Shown here piece by piece: positions 19,001 through 27,047 of a stretch of 64,000 bases of DNA. The notes beneath the pieces are model-generated. The model had not been told where the DNA came from. It ran no database searches and saw nothing but the letters and a program-made list of their open reading frames with translations. The translations under genes were made by a program, and so were the position numbers. Source of the DNA: Acidobacteriota bacterium (lineage in GTDB: Bacteria > Acidobacteriota > UBA6911); assembly GCA_963664705.1 (NCBI GenBank), contig OY761556.1, positions 6,752,001 to 6,816,000 on the forward strand, given 5' to 3'. Numbering within the stretch: the first letter of the stretch is position 1; the number at the start of each line of letters is the position of its first letter.

Positions 19001-20131
19001 AACCTGCTGATGGGGCAGCGCCTGGGCGCTACTGAAAAGGTAGTGGATGGAAAGACGTTTACCGGCGCCGCAGCCCTGAGAGCTTCCAGCGCTTACGCCA
19101 GTGGCCTCGGGTATACCACGAGGATCCGGCAGCTCCTGGCAAACGGACAATATTCCACTTTGGCGACATACCTGAATTACCTGGGCTCCACGCCGGGCCA
19201 GCTTATTCGCCAGAATGGTTTTGCCGAAAACTTCATCAAAACCAATCCTCAATTCAACAACGTGTACTTTGAGGGCAACGCAGGCCATGCCAACTATCAC
19301 TCCATGCAGGCGCAGGTGACATTGCGGCCTACCGCCACCTTGAGCGTACAGTCGACGTACACATGGTCGAGAAACCTCGGGATCACCGGTTCCTATACGG
19401 ATCCTCTGGATCGCAGGGGCGACTATTCTTTGTTGGCGTCCGATCGTACTCATGCCTGGGTGACCTACGGGAATTTTGAGTTGCCGTTCGGTCCGGGCAA
19501 GGCGTACTTCAAGGGTGCGTCCGGACCGGTGGCGAAGGTGATTTCGGGATGGCAATTAGGCTGGCTTACCAGAGTTCAGAGCGGTCAGCCGCTGAGCATC
19601 ACCTCGCAATCCATGCTTTATGGATTGGGCGTCCCGGACCTGGTCGGCGATTTTGACTTTGATCAGGTCGGAGTCACCTGGCAAGAGGGTGCAAGGAAAG
19701 GCAACTACTTCAATAATCGGTACACTTCGGTTAAAGATCCGCAGTGCTCCAACATCTCTTCAGACCTGCAGGCATTTTGCACGCTTTCCGCAATTGCTTT
19801 GGCCAGCGATACCTCGAAATATGTTTTCGTGAATCCGTCGCCGGGGAAGAGAGGCAACTTCGGACAGAACAGGATACGGACGAAGATAAGATCGTCCGTG
19901 GACACGTCGATGACCAAGGTTGTCAAATTGGGTGAGCGCAAAAGCTTCAGCCTGCGCGTTGATGCCAAAAACATCCTGAACCACCCCGATGCATCCGGTA
20001 CGCTGGGTAGTTCCGGAGCACGTATCGTCTTCCCGACTGCTCCTACCGTGGCTCTCGGCAATGGCTTCGGCGACCTGACCTATAAGGTCGGCGGGCGTAC
20101 GTTCCAGTTCATGGCGCGTTTCGAGTTTTAG
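16016..20131 (+). CDS. Oar-like TonB-dependent transporter with an N-terminal carboxypeptidase-regulatory-like domain
   Basis: Signal peptide, LSGTVAD.SGA..., TKSGTNQYHG, LTLNLGVRFDY, NWGPAIGFAW, C-terminal RTFQFMARFEF. Confidence 0.92.
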   Translation: MRKVSITATLILCFILSMNVFGQTNASLSGTVADGSGAIVIGVAVKATNDNTGVVTSVVSNEAGIYNFASLMAGMYTVSAEKAGFRSKTYTKVELGSGAQRRLNFTLEVGGVATQVEVSTSAEDLILESSSSVGDVLMEDTVKNMPLVNRNALDLVNVMSGVVMADDTIFNANGSSFAGVSAAGVNIQRDGIAVNDVRYPTGVNAATRVNPDLVGEFRLILAPVDAESGRGNAQIQISTKSGTNQYHGSTVWNVQNTALDPNTWENNRSSIAAPWRNQHEWTISAGGPIIKNKTFFFVLYDGQVNKIRAPFNVRSLTPCAQRGIFRYYDNWSNGNYLSTVSDAGASYPAAPVVDKNGNPTPPPYLNPSNVNSGPHNGVLRYASVFGKLLNTPTAPDCSDANIQAGTAWDSNRKAIDSTGYIAAFMKRMPQVNNYDIGDGLNTAGARWTRTLYGTDNSYGVGEDTYRRQINLRIDHNINTKHRINGSWSWERSWADNGFKTWPNGFGGLTIRRPMVLTVNFISSLSPTMLNEAKFGMSRTGTNTFSPYDNPETGEQLRKVLPQINGYGIAVGMGAGAVAFKPDDGSTGGSNDFGGRGNISNSAIDTSPRYSFGDTFSWTKGLHSFKFGGEYRRATSNSLTRFTGAFGAGTTSYAYVSGGDTTYSPVAGITSTNMPGLAGDTSGGNRSVMEDLLNFLSGSVAQVRQWRFINNATQASFNDPLKEDQFIRNFFQQEFSFFLKDDWKIRPDLTLNLGVRFDYFGVPHLDNGLTNGFVGGSGTLFGRSGTDFDGFMKPGERGSDTKLQFIGPGSPNPDAILYPRDTNNWGPAIGFAWQIPWFGKDRATLRGGYQISYIGNNGRAATIQNASGMAPGTSYLNSYTPSTTQTYLDMNNLSALVPVIPMPGNITPAIAIFPVTDRKSDITAFEPGYKSPYIQNLTLALTTNVTSKITVDVRYIGTLSRSLFSNFNINPSNFTTNGLLEAFDAARAGGESTLLNNLLMGQRLGATEKVVDGKTFTGAAALRASSAYASGLGYTTRIRQLLANGQYSTLATYLNYLGSTPGQLIRQNGFAENFIKTNPQFNNVYFEGNAGHANYHSMQAQVTLRPTATLSVQSTYTWSRNLGITGSYTDPLDRRGDYSLLASDRTHAWVTYGNFELPFGPGKAYFKGASGPVAKVISGWQLGWLTRVQSGQPLSITSQSMLYGLGVPDLVGDFDFDQVGVTWQEGARKGNYFNNRYTSVKDPQCSNISSDLQAFCTLSAIALASDTSKYVFVNPSPGKRGNFGQNRIRTKIRSSVDTSMTKVVKLGERKSFSLRVDAKNILNHPDASGTLGSSGARIVFPTAPTVALGNGFGDLTYKVGGRTFQFMARFEF

Positions 20132-20145
20132 CCGGAGGGTCCTAA

Positions 20146-20191
20146 GTGGAATTCGTGGCGTTTTTTACCCTTTTTTCGCCACGAATTCCAC
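20146..20191. terminator. Hairpin of the GAATTCGTGGC family
   Basis: Perfect 15-bp inverted repeat GTGGAATTCGTGGCG / CGCCACGAATTCCAC. Confidence 0.7.
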
Positions 20192-20294
20192 AAAATATTC
20201 GGTTTTTGATTTATAAGTTAACCCGTGAAAAAATTGGGATAGATGGATTCGAAATCCGGGAACAGTCGAGAACCCCGGGGAACAGGGTTATTCA

Positions 20295-20717
20295 GTGAAG
20301 AAAAACATAGTTTGTATTGCAGGCAGTTTGTTGTTGGCATGGCTTGTCGTGTCCGGTATCAGCGCCGCGGCCCAGGGATCTGTGCCCCGCATCAGCATCC
20401 AGGAATTAAAAAAGATGATGGATAGCGGGAAGCCGGTCACGATTATCGATGCGCAACCCAAGGATGTTTATAAAGAAGGACACATCAAAGGGGCGATCTC
20501 TTTGCCATGGAGATCCCAGATACCTTTGGAGGATGTGTGGAATATCCCCAAGGACAATCCCATCGTTACCTATTGTGATTGCGGGCCGGGCGAATCGGAT
20601 AGCGCGGATGTTGCGGCTCAGCTGATCCAATACGGTTACGATGATGTTAAAGTACTGGGAGATCCTTCCATTAAGGGCTGGAAACAGGCGGGCTATCCAA
20701 TGGAGAAGGGCAAATAA
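20295..20717 (+). CDS. Exported single-domain rhodanese-like protein (YCDC active-site loop)
   Basis: Signal peptide, IIDAQ..YKEGHIKGAISLP, IVTYCDCGPGESDSA, GWKQAGYP. Confidence 0.9.
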   Translation: MKKNIVCIAGSLLLAWLVVSGISAAAQGSVPRISIQELKKMMDSGKPVTIIDAQPKDVYKEGHIKGAISLPWRSQIPLEDVWNIPKDNPIVTYCDCGPGESDSADVAAQLIQYGYDDVKVLGDPSIKGWKQAGYPMEKGK

Positions 20718-20855
20718 CTCCATAGCTGCCCGTGGACCGTCACCAACGAGTTTGGTGTGCTGGGGGTGGATGCCGTTTTTGAAACAGGCGACGTCAAGCC
20801 GCGGCACTCCAAGGCGCTTTTGGCGCAATAAATATAAACATAAGGAGGAAGCAGG

Positions 20856-22538
20856 ATGCGGAAGATTGTTATGGTGACAATCATGATGGCGATCGCCGTC
20901 ATGTTTGTACACGTTCCATACAAAGCTCCACTGATTGCTAAGGACGCTCCTCAGCAGTTCGAGGTGCTGAGTCCGTGGGCAGAAGTGGATCCGATACCCC
21001 TGAGGGGGGTATCGCCAAGATTGGATACGATAAAGGGCAAAAAGATTGGATTGTTCGCCAATTTCAAACGTGCGGCCAAGCCCATTGCCGATGAGATTGA
21101 CAAGCAGCTGAAGGCCAAATATCCCGATATCCAGACCAGCCTTTTCCATTCCACTTTGCCCAATGTGAATGAGGCGGAGACCGTCAATAAGGAAAAGTTT
21201 GCTGCCTGGGCCAAGGGAGTTGATGCCGTCATCGGCGTGGTGGGAGATTGAGGGTCCTGCACAAAGTTCCTCGCTTACAACGGAGTTGCAATCGAGGACT
21301 TTGGCAAGCCGGTCGTGATACTGGCTAATCGCGGTTTCGTAACAGACGCTCACTCTGCTGCTTCCGGTAAGGGCCTTCCTGGCCTTCGTGTTGTTGGGGA
21401 AACTATTGCCTGCGAATCCACTGTTGCTTCCGACATCGAGTCCGGTGTCAGAGGTTCATTGGACGAGGCTATTGCTGCCCTGACCAAACCATTAACGCCT
21501 GAAGAAAAATCTCCACAGGTTAATACGGAGAAACCTCCCACCATCATCTTCAAGGGAAGCCTGGAAGATGTGAACCAGTTCTTCTATCGCAAAGGATGGA
21601 CGGATGGCCTGCCAGTCTTCGCACCCACAGAGGAAGCTGTGGCGGAGATGATGAAGGGCACGGATCTGCCTGCGGATCATATGGTGGCCAAAATCATTCC
21701 GCGCATGGGCAAGGCTACAATCAAGAAGATTGCCGTAAATGCCGTAATGGCGGGTGCACTGCCTATCCACATGCCGGTTCTGATTGCAGCCGTCGAGGCT
21801 CTTTCGGATAAGAAGACCCGGTTTGATACCTTTGAGGTAAGCACAGGTTCATGGTCTCCTATGTTTATTATCAATGGTCAGATCCGGAAGGATATTCACA
21901 TCAACTGCAGTTCAGGCGCTCTCAGCCCCGGGAACATGGCCAATTCGGTTATTGGGCGTGCCGTGGGTTTGATCGTTAAGAACATCGGCGGTGCCCGCAA
22001 GGGCGTCGAAGATATGGGGACTATCGGAAACCCCGGCAAGTACTCCCTTGTTCTCGGCGAAAATGAAGAAGAAAGCCCGTGGGCTCCGTTGAGCGTCGAT
22101 CGTGGCTTTAAAAAAGAAGACAACACATTGACGGTTTTCTTCCCGAACAACTTCGGACTGGCAATTCCCTCCGCCACCAGCGCGCAGGGTATTGCGGACG
22201 GTCTGGTTTCCATGCAGATGCGTTCCCTGTCGGCGCTGGTTGTGATTCCTGATCACGCCAGGATTCTTGCCAATGAAGGGTGGACGAAGGAAAAGGTAAA
22301 AGAATACATCGCTCAAAAGACACCTGCCGGACCGAATACGCGAAGCCGCTCGGTTGGATTGAAAACCGAGGATTTCGTTCTTGTGGTTGCCGGCGGTCCG
22401 GGCACCTGGATGGGTGCTTACCGGAGTGCTGGTGGTTTTGAGAATGAATTTGTATCAAGAAAGATCCAGCTTCCCAAGAACTGGGATGCGCTGGTAGCCA
22501 AGTATAAGAACCTGGTTCCTGTATACGAGAAGTACTAG
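20856..22538 (+). CDS. Putative UGSC-family selenoprotein 3 (Sec132 at TGA 21249-21251; GD-U-GSC; 560 aa)
   Basis: ORFs 20856..21251 and 21315..22538 are in frame. Readthrough: DAVIGVVGD-U-GSCTKFLAYNGVAIEDFGKPVV, the canonical UGSC motif. GWTDGLPVFAPTE. RBS AAGGAGG. N-terminal signal or anchor. Confidence 0.92.
21252..21306 (+). promoter_or_regulatory. Long bacterial SECIS-like hairpin
   Basis: CAAAGT-T-CCTCG-C-TT-A-CAAC-GGA-GTTG-C-AA-T-CGAGG-ACTTTG. About 17 bp paired, with a bulged U and a GGA apical loop 30 nt after the TGA. Confidence 0.85.
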
Positions 22539-22551
22539 CTTTAGCTCGCGG

Positions 22552-22581
22552 GATTCGTGGCGACGCCCGTCGTCACGAATC
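22552..22581. terminator. Hairpin of the GATTCGTGGC family
   Basis: GATTCGTGGCGAC / GTCGTCACGAATC after the stop codon. Confidence 0.6.
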
Positions 22582-22913
22582 TCACGAACGGCGTTGCGAA
22601 AGCGATCACGCTCTTGCCGGCGAGACGCCTATCTTTGAACCGCGAAGACCTCGAAGACCGCAAAGATTTTTTTGGCTTATTTTGCTGCTGGGCAATGAGA
22701 TAGTGTGATGGATAGGAAAGAAGTTGCGCATCATATTGTCGATTCAGCGGTGCCCGCTGTATGAAGCATCAAGGATGGAATCCAGCGTAGGATCTGGCGA
22801 GAGCGACAACTGCAAAACCTGCAAAAATATTTTCCTTCGCCGTCTTCGCGGTTAATGGGGCCACTAATTCAGTCAAGTTAGGGGGCTGATATGCATTGCG
22901 ATCCCAAGTTCCT

Positions 22914-22955
22914 TGGAATCCGGAATCTGGAATCTGGAATCCGAAATCTGGAATT
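22914..22955. repeat. Heptamer tandem repeat (YGGAATC x6)
   Basis: TGGAATC CGGAATC TGGAATC TGGAATC CGAAATC TGGAATT. Confidence 0.85.
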
Positions 22956-23913
22956 ACTTCCCTCCCCACCCCGAATGAATCCCGTGCTTATCCATATATC
23001 CGATAGCTTCAATCTCGTGAATCCTGCCGTTTTTTAGCTTAAATACATGGGCTGCAACCGTATCGAAAGCCCCGTATTGGTTTCGTCTTTCTTTGATTCC
23101 GGGAACCCCGGTGATTTTCATGAATTCAGATTTTCCATCGTGACGGAAGATCGAGAACGCAAATATCAAACCCATTTCCTCATCCACCGCGAGCAAGCGC
23201 CTGTGGTCAATGCCGGTGATGCTGCTCCAGACGCCGGAGCTGATTTGATCACCGCACTCCATTTTTCGGAAGACGGAGAAATCGTCATTGGCGGCTTCCT
23301 CATGGGTCTGGTTCTGGTGATTGGCGGTGATGACTCCATTTTCCCTGCGCTGGCAGCCCGGTGCAAAAGGAGCCACTTTCCCATCAACGCGGACAATGGA
23401 GTCGTAATAGGCGTTGGCGGCTTCCAGCATTTGGCCGCGCGAGACTCTTTCCGAAGATTTGAGCGGTTGAGCAAAGGCGGCACGCGGATGGATGAAATTG
23501 CTTTCTATCTGTTCTTTGGGCTTGCGCACTACCAGGTGGTCAATTTCGGTGATTTGGCCCTTGGTCAGTTTTAGTCGGGCGCCCACGATGGCCGGTTTGT
23601 TGTCCACGTGGATCACGCCGATAAAGCCAACCTGGCCTGTGACCGGATCGGCGACACGGATCTGGAAATTTGGTAGTGGGGGGCCGGAGATTGTTTTCCA
23701 CAAGCCCTTGCCTATTTCGGTCTTTTCGGTATTTTCGACAAACTGCACGTTTGACGCAAGCGGCGCGCGGGATGGATCGTGTTTTGCCAGAGCGGCAAGA
23801 TAGCGGTCCATCATTTTGATCAGACATCGCCGGCCACACGTATTATCGGCCGCCGGTGATTGCAGCGCAGCCAACAGAAAAAGCATACCAGCGATAGTTG
23901 GCATCTTCTTCAT
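22954..23913 (-). CDS. Exported hypothetical protein (two NTF2/SnoaL-like halves)
   Basis: Signal peptide MKKMPTIAGMLFLLAAL. C.R.CL..YLAAL..HDP, ANAYYD..CQRRENG, FKLKNGRIHEIEA. Confidence 0.7.
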   Translation of the reverse strand: MKKMPTIAGMLFLLAALQSPAADNTCGRRCLIKMMDRYLAALAKHDPSRAPLASNVQFVENTEKTEIGKGLWKTISGPPLPNFQIRVADPVTGQVGFIGVIHVDNKPAIVGARLKLTKGQITEIDHLVVRKPKEQIESNFIHPRAAFAQPLKSSERVSRGQMLEAANAYYDSIVRVDGKVAPFAPGCQRRENGVITANHQNQTHEEAANDDFSVFRKMECGDQISSGVWSSITGIDHRRLLAVDEEMGLIFAFSIFRHDGKSEFMKITGVPGIKERRNQYGAFDTVAAHVFKLKNGRIHEIEAIGYMDKHGIHSGWGGK

Positions 23914-24057
23914 AGGCCCCCCTTCAGACCTGCTCATTCAGCCGGACCGTGCCGGCTCCGGAATGCAGAGCCGCGAACCCAATTTTTATGGGGAGGTATT
24001 GTAAGTCAATGGGCTGTGGCAAATCAACGGCACCGGGAAGGCCGGGGTTTCGGATTT

Positions 24058-25005
24058 CTATAATAGATGCGCGCAGCTTTCGGGATGCCGGGCCAGATAT
24101 TCCTCGAGCGATAGTGCGGCGTGTCCGGTCAGTTCAGTGACAGCATTGCTGACGTGGGCAAGATCTCCTGCAGCAATTTGCAGGAAGTGCGTGACAAAAA
24201 CCTCTACTTCGTAATCATCCAGCCCATGCCCCGTCAACGCAATCCGCTCCGCTTCAAATTTCTCGAGCCTGCTGGTCGTGCGCGTGATCCTGGCTTCCTG
24301 TGTTGTTTGCGGACGATAGACGATTTCCCGTCCCACCGCGGCGGATAGGATTGCCGCAGTTTCGGACATGGTCAGCGCTTCGGGACCGGTGATGTCAAAG
24401 GTGCGGCCGGCATGGCCGTTCCCGGTCAGGACCGACGCGGCTGCATCGGCAATGTCATCGCGCGTGACCCATGCGGCGCGTCCGTAAGCGGCGGGCACGC
24501 GAATCACATCGTCCTTGGACACACATTGCGGAACGTTATCCGTATACAGGCCGACGCGGAGGAAGGTAAACGAAATCCCGGATGCGCGAATGTATTCCTC
24601 GGTATGAAAATGGTCGTGAGCAAGGATAAAGGTAGCATCCGGAGCTGCCTTTATTACCGAAAGATAAACAATGCGGTTTACTCCAGCCGAAAGCGCCGCG
24701 TCTATGGCCGAACAGTGTTCCTGCAAGCGGTCGTATGTCGGAGCGGGAGTGCCGGCCTTGGCACACATGTGCGCGACTCCGAACCGGTCCCTTGCTGAGA
24801 CCAGGAACAGTGTTTCGATGCCTGCCAGAGCCTTGCGCATGGCGTGACCATCGCTATAGGAGGATGCCTGGACAATTTCCGCGGCGGGAAGATGCGGCGT
24901 CCAGGAGGCGTTGCGCACGATCAGTCGCTGCGGGATCCCCAGGCTGGCAAGACGCGCAGCAACCCTTCCTCCGATCTGTCCCGATGCCCCGGTCACTGCC
25001 AGCAT
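24058..25005 (-). CDS. NmrA-like atypical SDR, NAD(P)H-binding oxidoreductase
   Basis: AVTGASGQIG, VTRDDIA, TGPEALT. Confidence 0.9.
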   Translation of the reverse strand: MLAVTGASGQIGGRVAARLASLGIPQRLIVRNASWTPHLPAAEIVQASSYSDGHAMRKALAGIETLFLVSARDRFGVAHMCAKAGTPAPTYDRLQEHCSAIDAALSAGVNRIVYLSVIKAAPDATFILAHDHFHTEEYIRASGISFTFLRVGLYTDNVPQCVSKDDVIRVPAAYGRAAWVTRDDIADAAASVLTGNGHAGRTFDITGPEALTMSETAAILSAAVGREIVYRPQTTQEARITRTTSRLEKFEAERIALTGHGLDDYEVEVFVTHFLQIAAGDLAHVSNAVTELTGHAALSLEEYLARHPESCAHLL

Positions 25006-25049
25006 TCTGTTTGCCTCTCAACAAGCTCCAGGAGATTTTTGGTCAGAAA

Positions 25050-26924
25050 CTAAAACTCCCGAAGCGATTCGTGTACGCCTTTGTGAATTTCATACCAGAA
25101 TTCGAGCGCTGCCTCGTTTTTATCTTTCCCGAATTTATCGATCCACGCTGAAAGCTCGGGGCTTTTATCCGCCTCGACTTCCCGCTTGCGCGTCAGATAG
25201 GTGTATAGCATATCGGTTGTGCGTTCCGATTCCCAGAAAATCGAGGCGTTCCGGCTGTTGATGCGGCTGGCCGTCACGGAGATCATCTCAAGAAACCGGC
25301 TCTTGCGCCCAAACAGGGTATCGACAATGTCCGGAAGCATCTCTTCCGCCCAACCTCGATGGAAACGGCACATTCCGAGGTCATCGAGGACAAGTTCGGC
25401 ACGCAGCCGTTCGGCATTTTTCCGGCCCAGCGCGCGTGGAGGAACAAAATCGTTTCCATAATACATGTAATACTTGCCCATGATCGGCATGGGGGATAGC
25501 GCCCCAGGCGTCCAGTATTGGTTGGGGACCATCCATCCTTTTCGTCCATAGCCGACGAAAACAAACGGATCGAGAACCTTTTTCCCCAGCTTGCGAGCCA
25601 GGCGACGGCCCGTTTTTCTGGCGCCTTCGCTGAAATCCAGAGCGCCTCGTTTCTGGATCATTCCTTCGAGGAGGCGGCAGCCGATGTCCGCGTTGTGCAT
25701 GGAATCCGCTTCGATGTTGAAGCCGGCCACATTGAAAACAGGCTTCTCGGCGATTCCTGTCTGATCCGCGGAAAGCAGTTCCTGATCCATGCAGTCCATC
25801 AGCCATGAAAGAACTCCGCCGGCCGAGATTGCATCGAAACCATAACGATCGGCATGGTGATTCAATTGCTCGGCCGCACGCTGGTCGAAAATGCCGCACA
25901 GCGGGCCCATGGTCTGGTAAGGTTCGTAATCCTTTTTCAGGCCGCCATTCATTTTTTTGCAGACTGCCGGGCAGGGTTCTCCGCAATGATGCTGCTGCCT
26001 GGGAACAATGGTTTCCGCATTGAACTGTTGCAGGTAGTGATCAAGGATGAACTTGCGATGAAGTTCCAGGCGCTCTTCTTCTTTCATATAGATGGTACGG
26101 TAGTTGAAAGCGAGAACGCGTCCCCCCATCGTGGCATAGTTGACGCCGAAAGTACCGCCCGTCTGGAGATTGGGATCGTAGCGGTACTTTACGGTTGATT
26201 CCAGATCTTTGGTGCTCAGCTTTCGGTTGTATTTCTGCTGGAACCACTCATCGGCGACTTTACGATTTCTAAAGTCCTCATCCGCGTAGGTGCCCCCGTA
26301 GATGATTGCGGCGATGCCATGCTGCTGCAGCATCTTGCTGCCGAAGCCGCCGCGTCCGGCCCAGGTGTCCACCGGAGTCAATTTGCCCGACTGGATGGGA
26401 ACCGAGGCGATGGCTCCAAAATCAGTGGACTCCGCGGCCGGTCCTACGGCCAGAATCCTCGGCTCGGTTTCGTAGTGAATTCCGTAGTTTTGAAATACAT
26501 GATCCATCAGCGCATAAATGCCACCGCGCCCTTCGCTCCAGATTTGCGACAGGTTGAGCGGTTCCAGCCGCACTTCAATTTCTTCCGCATGGGTTCGATT
26601 GAGGAACAGGACGGAGGGAACGGGGGCCTTGCCAACCAGCGAAACCATGTTGATCCCAAGGTTGTCGAATACGAGGCCGGCGCCGCCCATGGTTGAAACA
26701 TAAAAGCCGCCCCAGCAGGGAGAGAAGCCGTTGAAGATCATTCGATTGGATCCAGGGAGGATCGAGCCGGCCAGCAATCCCACGCCGATATTCAGGCTGT
26801 TGAATTTTCCGGCCAGGTGAAGACCCAGATCCACCGGCCCGAAGAAATCATCCAGCGAATAGCGACTGATTCGATAATAGCCGCTGTTTGCATCAACAAA
26901 GAGAACCTTCTGAAAGTTGTCCAT
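25050..26924 (-). CDS. Aldehyde:ferredoxin oxidoreductase family protein 2
   Basis: STMGG, GPAAE, AGRGGFGS, CGEPCPAVC, DYEPY, ADRYGFDAIS, DDLGMC. Confidence 0.88.
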   Translation of the reverse strand: MDNFQKVLFVDANSGYYRISRYSLDDFFGPVDLGLHLAGKFNSLNIGVGLLAGSILPGSNRMIFNGFSPCWGGFYVSTMGGAGLVFDNLGINMVSLVGKAPVPSVLFLNRTHAEEIEVRLEPLNLSQIWSEGRGGIYALMDHVFQNYGIHYETEPRILAVGPAAESTDFGAIASVPIQSGKLTPVDTWAGRGGFGSKMLQQHGIAAIIYGGTYADEDFRNRKVADEWFQQKYNRKLSTKDLESTVKYRYDPNLQTGGTFGVNYATMGGRVLAFNYRTIYMKEEERLELHRKFILDHYLQQFNAETIVPRQQHHCGEPCPAVCKKMNGGLKKDYEPYQTMGPLCGIFDQRAAEQLNHHADRYGFDAISAGGVLSWLMDCMDQELLSADQTGIAEKPVFNVAGFNIEADSMHNADIGCRLLEGMIQKRGALDFSEGARKTGRRLARKLGKKVLDPFVFVGYGRKGWMVPNQYWTPGALSPMPIMGKYYMYYGNDFVPPRALGRKNAERLRAELVLDDLGMCRFHRGWAEEMLPDIVDTLFGRKSRFLEMISVTASRINSRNASIFWESERTTDMLYTYLTRKREVEADKSPELSAWIDKFGKDKNEAALEFWYEIHKGVHESLREF

Positions 26925-27047
26925 GATGCCCTCAAAATACCACTTATCGGCACATTTGGGGAAAATCGGGTGGACGCACTCGGATTTTTATTGTACGAAA
27001 TTTCGGGAAACGGAGCCGGGGTTCTGCCGGCGATTTGCTTTTGATGT

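Noticed and set aside
5229-21251. Genome-wide UGA reassignment (code 4 or 25) as the explanation for the in-frame TGAs
   Set aside because: TGA is an ordinary stop for other genes here (for example 782, 38390, 39180, 43350, 63448), Trp is TGG, and long genes contain no internal TGA. Internal TGAs occur only at Cys-type motif positions with hairpins.
6057-22538. UGSC genes as nonsense pseudogenes or as separate two-gene pairs
   Set aside because: The TGA is at the same column in three diverged paralogs, the linker coding sequence is conserved, and there are no other lesions.
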